In this document: piece by piece, positions 9,698 through 18,090 of the stretch
How the letters are laid out: each line of letters begins with the position of its first letter
How positions within the stretch are numbered: position 1 is the stretch's first letter
DNA from: a virus
Lineage: Duplodnaviria > Caudoviricetes
Direction: 5' to 3' (one strand)
Length of the DNA stretch: 42,398 nucleotides
Virus record (IMG/VR): IMGVR_UViG_3300007959_000005
Coordinates: 1-42,398 of that record
Position numbers and translations under genes: made by a program
Notes under the pieces: generated by a model
Databases searched by the model: none
Told to the model about the DNA's origin: nothing
What the model saw: only the letters and a program-made list of their open reading frames with translations

Positions 9698-10025
9698 GCT
9701 CCCTCCGTTGTTCGAGTTGGGAGGAATACATCAGCAACATGCGACCATCGGAGCGGGAAAGCCGCAGCACCATCTCCGGGGTTACCTTCGCAATGCCCGG
9801 CACCGTGAGCCGCTTTGAAAGGAGAGCGGCGGAATAGTAGGCAAAATCCTCAGGAAGCTCGTTAGCCTCATCCCCATAGAGCCGGGCAAAGTCCAGCTCG
9901 GTGTCGTTGGAAACGCGGAGGGTATGTTCCATCACTTCCTCTTCCAGGGTGAAGGCCTTGTAGTAACGGCCCTCGCTGAGCATGCCGTGAAAGAACTCTC
10001 CCGACTCGGTCAAGATATCGTCCAT
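9591..10025 (-). CDS. Tail assembly chaperone (gpG-like)
   Basis: Lies between the tube and tape measure genes; acidic 144-aa protein. Confidence 0.75.
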   Translation of the reverse strand: MDDILTESGEFFHGMLSEGRYYKAFTLEEEVMEHTLRVSNDTELDFARLYGDEANELPEDFAYYSAALLSKRLTVPGIAKVTPEMVLRLSRSDGRMLLMYSSQLEQRRELFRKEAAASEEGHPSDVEDRLSGGGDTPDEPRKDS

Positions 10026-10385
10026 TTAGTTCTCCGTCCGGGACTCGGCAGAGAGCTCGATGGTCTGCTTTGCCACGTTGTCCCCGTCGTATTTGATCTT
10101 GCCGACCTTGGTGGTGTAAATCCCGCCGTAGGTGATGCGGGTCCCATTCATTCGGTCGATGGTGAGCGTGCCACCAGCAACCTGGCGAAAGTCAAAGCTG
10201 GGGGCGTCGGACGGAATGATGTAATCCACGGTGAGCCCCTCGTAGCGCTGTGTAACCGCGGTATGACCGGTCTTATTCATCAGCTTGACCGATTTGAAAA
10301 TTTCGCTTTCGGGCTCCTCAACCGAATCGAAGTCTTCGATCTCCTGTCCATTTATCTCCAGCAAAACCTTGCTGACGTATTCCAT
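10026..10385 (-). CDS. Tail tube protein
   Basis: 119 aa, directly after the sheath gene. Confidence 0.8.
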   Translation of the reverse strand: MEYVSKVLLEINGQEIEDFDSVEEPESEIFKSVKLMNKTGHTAVTQRYEGLTVDYIIPSDAPSFDFRQVAGGTLTIDRMNGTRITYGGIYTTKVGKIKYDGDNVAKQTIELSAESRTEN

Positions 10386-10410
10386 CGGTTAAACCTCCAT
10401 TTAATGCGGG

Positions 10411-11838
10411 TTACAGGTAAAGGTCGATGACCGCCGCGAAGACGTGCAGGCCGGGAACCACGTTAGCCGGGATGCGGGCATTCAGCTGGCCCACGTTCTG
10501 ATCGTCTTTCTCGACGATGAGCTGGTCCTTGTAGGCGTCGACGTTGTCCAGGATCTCCAGATCCTCAAGCTTGTGCAGCACGTCGAGGATCTCGGTGCGT
10601 ACGCGGGCAGCGGTCCGTTTTTTGGTGCTGATCTTATCGCGGGGAAAGCGCAGCGCGATGCGTTCGCGAATGGCCCGGCGCGTGTAGTCGAGGCTGGTGA
10701 TGGTGGTGGCGTCCAAGAGGCTCACGTCGTTAATGCCCTGGGCGTTCTTGGTGTAGCTGGTGATCAGCCGCACGATCTGCACCCGTTCGCCGGGGCCAAC
10801 CTCCAGAGGGGTCATACCATTGGCCAGGCAGTTCTCCTGCTCGGTGCGCGACAGGCGGCTGGCGATGGGCGGCGCCGCGATGGTCACCAGGGGCAGCCCG
10901 TTGAGCGGCCGGGCCGGATCGGGCTCGGAGCACCAAACGGCGGCCAGGGCGGCGGCTATTTCGTAGGCGGGGCTCCTGGTACCGCGCAGCTCGGCCGGCA
11001 CGATGCGACCGCCGTTGATAGCGGCAGCCAGGGTGGTGGCGGCGGCCAGGGCGGAGTCGACCGCCACGACGCCGCAGCCGGGGCGCTGTTCGACCGGGCC
11101 GGAGACGCTGTCCAGGTGGGTGCGCAGTGCGGTGATGCTGGTCTGGTCGTTGTAGGGCATGACGATCTTGTCGAACTGGCTGGCGTAGACCTGGGTAAGC
11201 GCCGTGCTCACATCCGGATCCGTGGCGCCGTTGGCCATGGCTACCACGGCTGCGGCGACACCGGCGGCGGTCACTTCGACGGTGAGGTCGACCAGGTTGC
11301 CCACGGTGCCCTTGTGGCGGTTGGTGCCGGTGAGGACTGCGCCGGCGACGCCGAAGGTTACCGGGAGGTCGGGAATGAGGCCGAGGGCCGCGTTCAGCGC
11401 GGTGGCGATGGCGGCCGCCGTATCGGTGCTGGCAATGGCGACCTCGACCTTGCGGTTGCCGACGTAGACCCGGATCACTCCGGGGCCGGTGGCCGGGCCG
11501 GTGAGGGTGATGGTGCCGGTGGCCTGCGCCCCGCCCACCACGTCGTCCAGGGCGATGGCCGAAAGATCGAGATAGGGGTTCTCGGCGATGGCCGTTTTGC
11601 ACATGAGGTGCAGCTGGCTGCCGGCGCCGAAGTAGTCGGCGGCATCGGCCGCGCTGAAGACCTGGGTGGCGAGTAGGGCGGCAACCGTGCTGTTGGCCAG
11701 GCGCTGCCCCACGATGAGCAGCTTTTGGGAGTTGGCCGGCAGCGTGCTGACCGCCAGCCTGGTGTTGTATTCCAGGTACTGGCCCGGTTTCCGAATCCCC
11801 GCGGGGATCGTGGTAAGGGTGACGTTTTTCGAAGACAT
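10411..11838 (-). CDS. Contractile tail sheath (Mu gpL-like)
   Basis: RKPGQYLEYN, FGAGSQL, DPARPLN, RFPRDKI and VVPGLHVFA motifs. Confidence 0.95.
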   Translation of the reverse strand: MSSKNVTLTTIPAGIRKPGQYLEYNTRLAVSTLPANSQKLLIVGQRLANSTVAALLATQVFSAADAADYFGAGSQLHLMCKTAIAENPYLDLSAIALDDVVGGAQATGTITLTGPATGPGVIRVYVGNRKVEVAIASTDTAAAIATALNAALGLIPDLPVTFGVAGAVLTGTNRHKGTVGNLVDLTVEVTAAGVAAAVVAMANGATDPDVSTALTQVYASQFDKIVMPYNDQTSITALRTHLDSVSGPVEQRPGCGVVAVDSALAAATTLAAAINGGRIVPAELRGTRSPAYEIAAALAAVWCSEPDPARPLNGLPLVTIAAPPIASRLSRTEQENCLANGMTPLEVGPGERVQIVRLITSYTKNAQGINDVSLLDATTITSLDYTRRAIRERIALRFPRDKISTKKRTAARVRTEILDVLHKLEDLEILDNVDAYKDQLIVEKDDQNVGQLNARIPANVVPGLHVFAAVIDLYL

Positions 11839-12041
11839 TACTGAGCACCTCCTTCTTTCTGGTCCTGGGTGCGGGCGGCCTTGGCGGCCGAGGCCGGCAC
11901 CTCCAGGAGCGAACCGTCATCCACCAGGCGACGGTAGTAAACGGTAGCGGGGACTTCGACCCCCTTGGGATCGTCGGTGATGTATTCGCGGGGGGCGGTT
12001 TCTTTGGGGCACTGCAGCCCGGGTGCGGCTTTTACCAGCAT
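11838..12041 (-). CDS. Mu gp38/DUF2635-like protein
   Basis: VKAAPGLQCP...YYRRLVDDGSL. Confidence 0.85.
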   Translation of the reverse strand: MLVKAAPGLQCPKETAPREYITDDPKGVEVPATVYYRRLVDDGSLLEVPASAAKAARTQDQKEGGAQ

Positions 12042-12088
12042 GTTGAACCTCCGTTAAAGAGTGATTTAAATTGGCTGTGACTGGGGCA

Positions 12089-14707
12089 TTACATGCCGAA
12101 CCCCAGGCCCCATAGTTTGGTGAAGCCGGCCGCCACCGACACTGCCACGGCCCCGATATCGACCCCGCCATAGCCTGCCGCTTTCACTGGAGACGATGAA
12201 CTCGGAGTCATATCGGCGAAGGTGAGGCCGGAGGCATTTGAGAGCAGCGGGTCCTGCGCTGTCAGGGAATGGTCGGCAAAGGCGATGCCGGTATCGGTCT
12301 GGGTGCTGGTCGGGAGGCTGGGGAGGTAGATGCCAGCCTGCACAGTCTCTGCCCCGTCCACCAGTGACACATCCGACTTGATGATGGCATAGGTGCTGGT
12401 CGTGTCCGGAGTAGTCGTCCAAGCAGGCGTTACGCTCAGCACCGTGGCGGTGTTATTGGTGATCGCACGGATCTGACCGGATCCGGTGCCGCCGGTGATG
12501 AGCAGCCAGTGTTGCATGGGACAGTTGGCGTCGTTCTTGGTGGTCGGGAAAGTCTTGCCAGAGTCGGTAAGCGTGCCACCTGTCACCACGCCCTGGGTCG
12601 AAAGCGTACCGCCTGCCGTGGCCGTGCCGGTATAGCTGTTCAGCAGGAGCTGCACCGGCGTTCCCGCACCCCATGCCAGCGTTCTGTCGGTCGCACTGGT
12701 ATAGGTGTAGGTCAGCGTGCCGCTGGACTTGGTGCTGAATGTCGGGTTCCAGAGCGCCACCCCGGCTACATTGGACAGGCCGGTGAAGGTGCCCTGGCGG
12801 TTGATGAGGGCATCACCTGCACCGGGAGTACCGCTGCCGCTGTAGCGGGCCTGGTAGTTGTGATCCAGGTTGAAGTCGAACTGAAGCACTTGTCCGCGCC
12901 AGATGCTTGCTGCGGCTACTGTACGTTTTCTTGCACCCGTGCTCGGTGAGGTTCCAATCCGCTTGGCCAGGTTGTTCCTGATGGTCAAACGAGTCACTAG
13001 GGAGTAGGTATCGGTGTCTTGCATATCACCAAAGCCTAACCACCCCTGCGGGTTACCGATGAAGGTGTTGTTTTCGATGGTGAACAGGTCGATCCAGTGC
13101 CGATGGTTGTACCCCAGCTCGATGTTCGGTGACCCATAGCCCGCACCATCAAGTCCCGCCTCGGTGATGAAGACGTTTCGCTTCACCTCGATATCAGTGG
13201 TATAGATATCGTTGAAAGTGTTGGCTACGACTCCGTGATGAAAGGAGTTGTGCACGATGTTATCTGTGAATCTCGAATATGAAGCGTAGTGAAATGTTCT
13301 GTTGATAAAGTGAAATTCGTTATTCTTTATGACCAGTGGTGATCCGCTAAGCCCCCCCGCCTCTATTACTCGCTGATCTCCAGAACCACCGACACCATAC
13401 AAGACGTTGCCGCTTATTTCAGAAGCCGAAAAGGTGGCCAGACCAGGTTGGGCATACAACAGGTTGTTAGCGATTACCCCCGTGTTGCCTTTTACCTGGA
13501 TCCCCGTGTAATCGGTGGTGGGAGAATAGATGGAAGTTAAAATGAAATGTCCGTACAGATTCAGTACGTTGTCGCTGATGTTGACGTATGTGAAAGAGTC
13601 CCGATAAGAGGATATGGCATAGCCGTATGTTCCATTGCCGCCATCGTTGTTGAACGTGTTCCCGGTGATCTGGATCAGGTCGGCGGCGGTGCCGTTCACC
13701 TTTTTCAACCCCAGCGATTCGGAGCAGTAAGTGAATGTGGAGTTCTTCAGGTAGAAGAGCTGGTCGGCCCCAGCCGTTGCCGACTTCTTGTTTTGCACGT
13801 CGAGCGTCCGGCCCACGTCGGCGGGGGTGATGTTCTTGCCCATGTACGAAAAGTTGCAGTGGTCAAAGAGCGCCGTATTGAACGTGGTGCTCTGGGTTGA
13901 GGAAATTCCCCACCCTTTGCTCACAGCGGTGTAGTTGTAGGTCTTGGTGAAGGCCGGGTTCCCGGACGATGAAACATGGTAAAACCAGACCATGCCCATG
14001 TCGTAGTTGATGTAATACTTCCCGGCGCTGTTCACTTCGGCCAGGGTGAACACTTCGGTTGTCAGGATGGTCGAGGGCGTCTTGGCTGAGAAAGATACCG
14101 TGTTGATCCAGGCATGAGTAAAGGCCACACAGCCGATGTTGTTCACCGGGTCATACTTCCAGGATGTGCCGGAGAACGCCTCGCTGGCAACCGCATTGCT
14201 GTTGCTGTAGGCACCCGAAGGAGAGGTAAAGGTGATCGGCTTGAGGGACGTGCCGATGGCAGAGATGTTGCCCTTGTTGAGAATGAACGAGGTGTAGTCA
14301 CCAGCCACATCGCCGATGATGGTCGTCCCAGGTTGCGGGGCAAAGGTGCCGTACCGGTTGACCAGCATCAAAGTGTTGGTGGTCAGATCGGTGCCCCTGA
14401 GCGTCAAGCTCACCCCGTCGGCTACCTGGTACGTGCCGAAGCTGGACGAGCTTGCGCCGTTGATGGTAATGGCATGGCCCACACTGGAGGCGTTGCTGCC
14501 ATAGGTCCGGTTCACGTCCTGGACGATGACCGCGCCGCTCACGATGGTGATCGTGTCGCCGTCCACTGGTGCGACTCCGCCCACCCACGTCGAACCGGCA
14601 GAGGCAAGCGCCGGAGTCCCGGTGGTGCCGACTGCGTTCGAGGTAAGCGCAGCCGCCCAGGCGGAACATGGCAGCAGCAAGATGATCAGCAGCAGAAACA
14701 TTTTCAT
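12089..14707 (-). CDS. Large (872 aa) beta-helix-like fibre/adhesin with a signal peptide
   Basis: The start MKMFLLLIILLLPCSAWA overlaps the upstream stop (ATGA). STWVGGVAP..GDTITI is G8-like, followed by Asn-rich repeats (ITGNTF, IKNNEF, IENNTF) and a DIGA end motif. Confidence 0.7.
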   Translation of the reverse strand: MKMFLLLIILLLPCSAWAAALTSNAVGTTGTPALASAGSTWVGGVAPVDGDTITIVSGAVIVQDVNRTYGSNASSVGHAITINGASSSSFGTYQVADGVSLTLRGTDLTTNTLMLVNRYGTFAPQPGTTIIGDVAGDYTSFILNKGNISAIGTSLKPITFTSPSGAYSNSNAVASEAFSGTSWKYDPVNNIGCVAFTHAWINTVSFSAKTPSTILTTEVFTLAEVNSAGKYYINYDMGMVWFYHVSSSGNPAFTKTYNYTAVSKGWGISSTQSTTFNTALFDHCNFSYMGKNITPADVGRTLDVQNKKSATAGADQLFYLKNSTFTYCSESLGLKKVNGTAADLIQITGNTFNNDGGNGTYGYAISSYRDSFTYVNISDNVLNLYGHFILTSIYSPTTDYTGIQVKGNTGVIANNLLYAQPGLATFSASEISGNVLYGVGGSGDQRVIEAGGLSGSPLVIKNNEFHFINRTFHYASYSRFTDNIVHNSFHHGVVANTFNDIYTTDIEVKRNVFITEAGLDGAGYGSPNIELGYNHRHWIDLFTIENNTFIGNPQGWLGFGDMQDTDTYSLVTRLTIRNNLAKRIGTSPSTGARKRTVAAASIWRGQVLQFDFNLDHNYQARYSGSGTPGAGDALINRQGTFTGLSNVAGVALWNPTFSTKSSGTLTYTYTSATDRTLAWGAGTPVQLLLNSYTGTATAGGTLSTQGVVTGGTLTDSGKTFPTTKNDANCPMQHWLLITGGTGSGQIRAITNNTATVLSVTPAWTTTPDTTSTYAIIKSDVSLVDGAETVQAGIYLPSLPTSTQTDTGIAFADHSLTAQDPLLSNASGLTFADMTPSSSSPVKAAGYGGVDIGAVAVSVAAGFTKLWGLGFGM

Positions 14708-15045
14708 CGCACGTCGATCCTTTGGAATTTGGCGTTGGCCGGAGTACGGATGAAGTTGACAAAGACGTACGTGGAAAAAAGGCTTTCCTGAGTAGCGTCG
14801 TATGCGGTCACCCTGAAATACCACTTCTCCATCGGGTTGACCGTCACGGTCGCCGGTGGCCGTGAAACGGTGGTGTAGCCTCGGTAGACGAATGTCCGGG
14901 CATTGCCCGAGTAGTTTCCGTAGTAGAGCCGGTAACCATCCGGCTTGGCGCCGGCGGTGGAATCATCCCAGGTAATCGTCACGACGGCGGCATGTGCGAC
15001 CGCGGCCGTCAGCACCATGAATAAAGCCAGCAGCATCCGCTTCAT
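14704..15045 (-). CDS. Fibronectin type III-like small protein with a signal peptide
   Basis: VTITWD..GYRLYYG..WYFRVTAYD..ES.FS pattern; leader MKRMLLALFMVLTAAVAHA; strong RBS. Confidence 0.8.
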   Translation of the reverse strand: MKRMLLALFMVLTAAVAHAAVVTITWDDSTAGAKPDGYRLYYGNYSGNARTFVYRGYTTVSRPPATVTVNPMEKWYFRVTAYDATQESLFSTYVFVNFIRTPANAKFQRIDVR

Positions 15046-15054
15046 GTACCCTCC

Positions 15055-16149
15055 TTACCTGAAGTCCTGGGCCGCTACGCAATAGACGTTGGTTCCGTCC
15101 AGGTAGCAGGAAATGAAGTCGACCGCGCTGGCCGTGGCGGTGATCGTCGGGACCGTGGCGGCCGGCCACTTGATGCCGGTCGAGGTGATGGTGCCCGTGG
15201 GGGTCGACGCCTGCACCACCTTGATCCCGATGACGGCAGTCTTGCCGCTCGGCTGGGTGAACGAAGCGCCCGAAAGAGCGCAGGCCGAGCCGGCGGTGAG
15301 CGTGATGACCTGCCGTGCCCCGTTGGCCGCCGTGATAGGGGCAGCCAGGGAAGTGGTGCAGGCCGTGGTGTACTCTGCCGGATAGTAAACGGCGGCCAGA
15401 GTGGCCCCCGGCTGCAGCGCGCTGTCGGCTTTACCGCCCTGGGTGGAGGTTGCCGCGTCGGTGATGCCGTACCCGGCCAACGTGGTCGGTTTGTTTTTGA
15501 TCGAAGCACCGCCAGAAGTCAGGGCCCAATCGGTATACTGGCCATAAAGCCCCGCAGAAGTACCGGTGGTGTCCTGGTTCAGGATCGGGAAGTTGGTGAG
15601 TCCTGCCGCGCTCCCGGTCGGGCTGAGATAATCCGTCCCGGCCACGGCCGCCGACACGGTGCCGCTGCCGTTGGCCTTCATGATTCCGCTTATCGCGCCG
15701 GCGCCGCCTCGGGCGGCAGCGACAGTGCCTGAGGTGAGGTTGGAGGCATTCGACGCACTCGCGGGAGTTGCGTAATCGGTACCGGCAACGAGCGCGCTTT
15801 GCTTGGCACCCCAGGTCGCCTTCTCCGTGTCGGTGGCGAAGCGGTAGGAGGCGCTCTGGGTAATATTCGCCGGGTTGGTCGTGTCGATCGTCGCCGAAGA
15901 GGCCAGCGCTCCGCCGTCCTTGATGACATTCCCCGTCGTGTTGTTGAACACCGCCACATGGTTGGCCACGATGGTGCCGGTGGGTACGACGCTACCGGAT
16001 CCGCTGCCGCCCGTACCATCCGCCCCCTTGGGACCTTGCGGCCCGGGGACGATGATCTTGAGAACCTGGACACCGCTTCCCAGGGCGGAAACACTGAAGG
16101 AGAGCAATACCAGGACAATAGCTAAGCGACTGTAATAGGTAATCTTCAT
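15055..16149 (-). CDS. Fibre-like protein (364 aa) with a short collagen-like motif and a signal peptide
   Basis: Start MKITYYSRLAIVLVLLSFSVSA (ATGA overlap); GPQGPKGADG; KPTTLAGYGITDA fibre repeat; fibre-type C-terminal domain. Confidence 0.72.
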   Translation of the reverse strand: MKITYYSRLAIVLVLLSFSVSALGSGVQVLKIIVPGPQGPKGADGTGGSGSGSVVPTGTIVANHVAVFNNTTGNVIKDGGALASSATIDTTNPANITQSASYRFATDTEKATWGAKQSALVAGTDYATPASASNASNLTSGTVAAARGGAGAISGIMKANGSGTVSAAVAGTDYLSPTGSAAGLTNFPILNQDTTGTSAGLYGQYTDWALTSGGASIKNKPTTLAGYGITDAATSTQGGKADSALQPGATLAAVYYPAEYTTACTTSLAAPITAANGARQVITLTAGSACALSGASFTQPSGKTAVIGIKVVQASTPTGTITSTGIKWPAATVPTITATASAVDFISCYLDGTNVYCVAAQDFR

Positions 16150-16532
16150 CGGGTCACCACCGGCACTACCATGATTTTGCCGCGCAGCAGGTAAGTACGC
16201 TGCCCGGACGGGTCGATCTGCAGCAGGTCCCACACGCCGTGCTTGTTGGTGGCTGCGGCGGTGCTGGCCTGCGAAAGCGATAGGGTCACCTTGTTGGTGG
16301 TGACGATGGTGCTGAAGTTGAAGAAGGGCGCCGATGAGTAGTCGGTCCTGGCCTGGGCCTGGTAGCTGTAGCCGGTCAGGTCGACGGCACGCCCGTTGCT
16401 CTCGGCCGGGGTGATGGCCAAAGCGAAGCTTTCGCCCCCCTGGACGGTCAGATCGTAGGGGATGGGGAAGCCATCCAGGGCGAAGGCGCTGGTGACTGCC
16501 AGGAGTACCAGGGCGATGATCAGGTATCTCAT
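16146..16532 (-). CDS. Virion accessory/adaptor protein (BppU-N/LtfC-like) with a signal peptide
   Basis: DLTGYSYQAQAR..VWDL..LLRGKIMV pattern; leader MRYLIIALVLLAVTSAFA. Confidence 0.65.
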   Translation of the reverse strand: MRYLIIALVLLAVTSAFALDGFPIPYDLTVQGGESFALAITPAESNGRAVDLTGYSYQAQARTDYSSAPFFNFSTIVTTNKVTLSLSQASTAAATNKHGVWDLLQIDPSGQRTYLLRGKIMVVPVVTR

Positions 16533-17080
16533 GGTTGGGCTCCGAGACTCACGGTGTCGCTGGCATCGACCTGGTCGTCGCCGGGCTTCAGGTAGTAGTT
16601 GAGCGCGACGGTCAGGAGGTCTTCGGCCAGATCGTCGTCATCTATGTTGAGGATGAAGCTGGTGGCAAACTCCAGGTCGTAGACGATGAAGTTGCCCTTG
16701 AAGTCCTCTTCGCTGGTCACGTCTTTGAAGCTTCCCGGGAGCAGGTCGGTGATCTTGAGCCCTACCCGCTGCCGCGCGAGCATCCGGATCACGGCGAAGA
16801 CCAGGGGGTGAATGGCGTCGCGCCGGGCTTCCTCACCACGCGCGTCGCTCATTCTCAGCTGCAGGTGCACCTGGCAGTTAACCCGGAAGCTGACCAGCCC
16901 CACCTTTTCGAGCTTTCCCTCGTAGATCGCCACGACGAGCGCCGGGTCGGTGAAGACGTAGCGCATGTTCTTCTGGCGCCGCGCTGCCTTGAAGGCGGTC
17001 ATGCGCTGCACCAGGAACTCCTCGATGGCTATTTCGATGTCCCCGGGCGTGTTCACCGGGGTGGGGGTCGGATCGGCCAT
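16529..17080 (-). CDS. Mu gp37-like head-tail joining/tail terminator protein
   Basis: Follows gp36; C-terminal LNYYLKPGDD..D.V motif. Confidence 0.7.
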   Translation of the reverse strand: MADPTPTPVNTPGDIEIAIEEFLVQRMTAFKAARRQKNMRYVFTDPALVVAIYEGKLEKVGLVSFRVNCQVHLQLRMSDARGEEARRDAIHPLVFAVIRMLARQRVGLKITDLLPGSFKDVTSEEDFKGNFIVYDLEFATSFILNIDDDDLAEDLLTVALNYYLKPGDDQVDASDTVSLGAQP

Positions 17081-17508
17081 TAGTAGTTTTTTAACCTCTC
17101 GGTGGTGAAGACGCCCACCGGCGCGGGCGACACGGCGATGGTCTGACCCTGCTGGGTCGGAGCGTCCTTGCCGGAGATGCCGAGCTGCAGGTCTCCCTTG
17201 CCGATGGAGACGAGCAGTTTGACCGCGTTGGTGTAACGTTTCTCCCTGTTTTCGGGCACATTCTCGCGCCGGGAGAACAGGTGGTAGCAGACGATGTCCA
17301 GGTCAAGCGAGGCTAAGAAGGGCGGCACCGGGCTGAAGGGCACGTTGTAGAGGCTGGAGCAGTAGCCGTCGACCTGGGCCGAGGCGCGCTCCAGGCACTT
17401 GTCAAGGATGTCCTGGTTGACCACGCCGAGGTTATCGTCGTCGGTCAGCTGGATCAGGGTCGCCTCGGGGATCTCGCCCAGGATATCGTCTTTCGTGCTG
17501 TAGGCCAT
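17080..17508 (-). CDS. Mu gp36/DUF1320 head-tail adaptor
   Basis: MAYST..LIQLTDD..ASAQVDGY..Y.VP..DIVCYHL..RY..A. Confidence 0.92.
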   Translation of the reverse strand: MAYSTKDDILGEIPEATLIQLTDDDNLGVVNQDILDKCLERASAQVDGYCSSLYNVPFSPVPPFLASLDLDIVCYHLFSRRENVPENREKRYTNAVKLLVSIGKGDLQLGISGKDAPTQQGQTIAVSPAPVGVFTTERLKNY

Positions 17509-17562
17509 GTCTGTACTCCGGTGCTACCGAAGGGGCGGACTGCGCCCCCTCGGCTCAGTTGG

Positions 17563-18003
17563 TTATTCCCGGTCCTGGCACATCGTCAAAGATGCGCTGG
17601 TGTTGTTGCCGAAGGTCGAGATTGTGTAGGAGGCGTACCCCCTATTGACCGCAATGCTGCCATTGGAAGCGGGCATCCCGGTGGCGTTGGCGCCAAGCTT
17701 GCGCTGCACCACAAACGGGGTGCCGGTGCTGCTGTTTACGACCGTCCAATCGGCCTTCTTGTACCAGCTGTTGGAGGTGTAAAGGTTGAAAGTCTGGATG
17801 GCCCCGGCGTGGTGGATAGCCTTGGTCACGCAAACCGAGCCTTTAAGGTTGGGGGCGGTGGCAGTGTTGTTCTGTACGACGATTCCGTCGGAGTAGATAG
17901 GCTGCCCGGGCTTGACGTTGACGGTTGTGATGGCGTAGGCGACGCCGGCGACGGCGATGGCCAACATGGCGATAACGCCGATCAGAATGCTTTTGTTTCT
18001 CAT
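17563..18003 (-). CDS. Hypothetical head-region protein with a signal peptide
   Basis: Leader MRNKSILIGVIAMLAIAVAGVAYA; AAAGGAG RBS. Confidence 0.7.
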   Translation of the reverse strand: MRNKSILIGVIAMLAIAVAGVAYAITTVNVKPGQPIYSDGIVVQNNTATAPNLKGSVCVTKAIHHAGAIQTFNLYTSNSWYKKADWTVVNSSTGTPFVVQRKLGANATGMPASNGSIAVNRGYASYTISTFGNNTSASLTMCQDRE

Positions 18004-18032
18004 GGAGCGCTCCTTTGTCGATGGAGGTGCTT

Positions 18033-18060
18033 AAAAGGGGGCGCAGCCTGCGCTGCGCCC
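18033..18060 (-). terminator. Probable intrinsic terminator after the capsid gene
   Basis: 9-bp stem GGGCGCAGC/GCTGCGCCC, followed by CCTTTT on the minus strand. Confidence 0.55.
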
Positions 18061-18090
18061 TGCTGCTTTAACTGGCTCTATTGCCGATTA

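Noticed and set aside
10444-11920. 410-aa (+) and 396-aa (-) ORFs over the sheath gene
   Set aside because: Antisense or alternative-frame shadows with Arg/Pro/Gly-biased composition.
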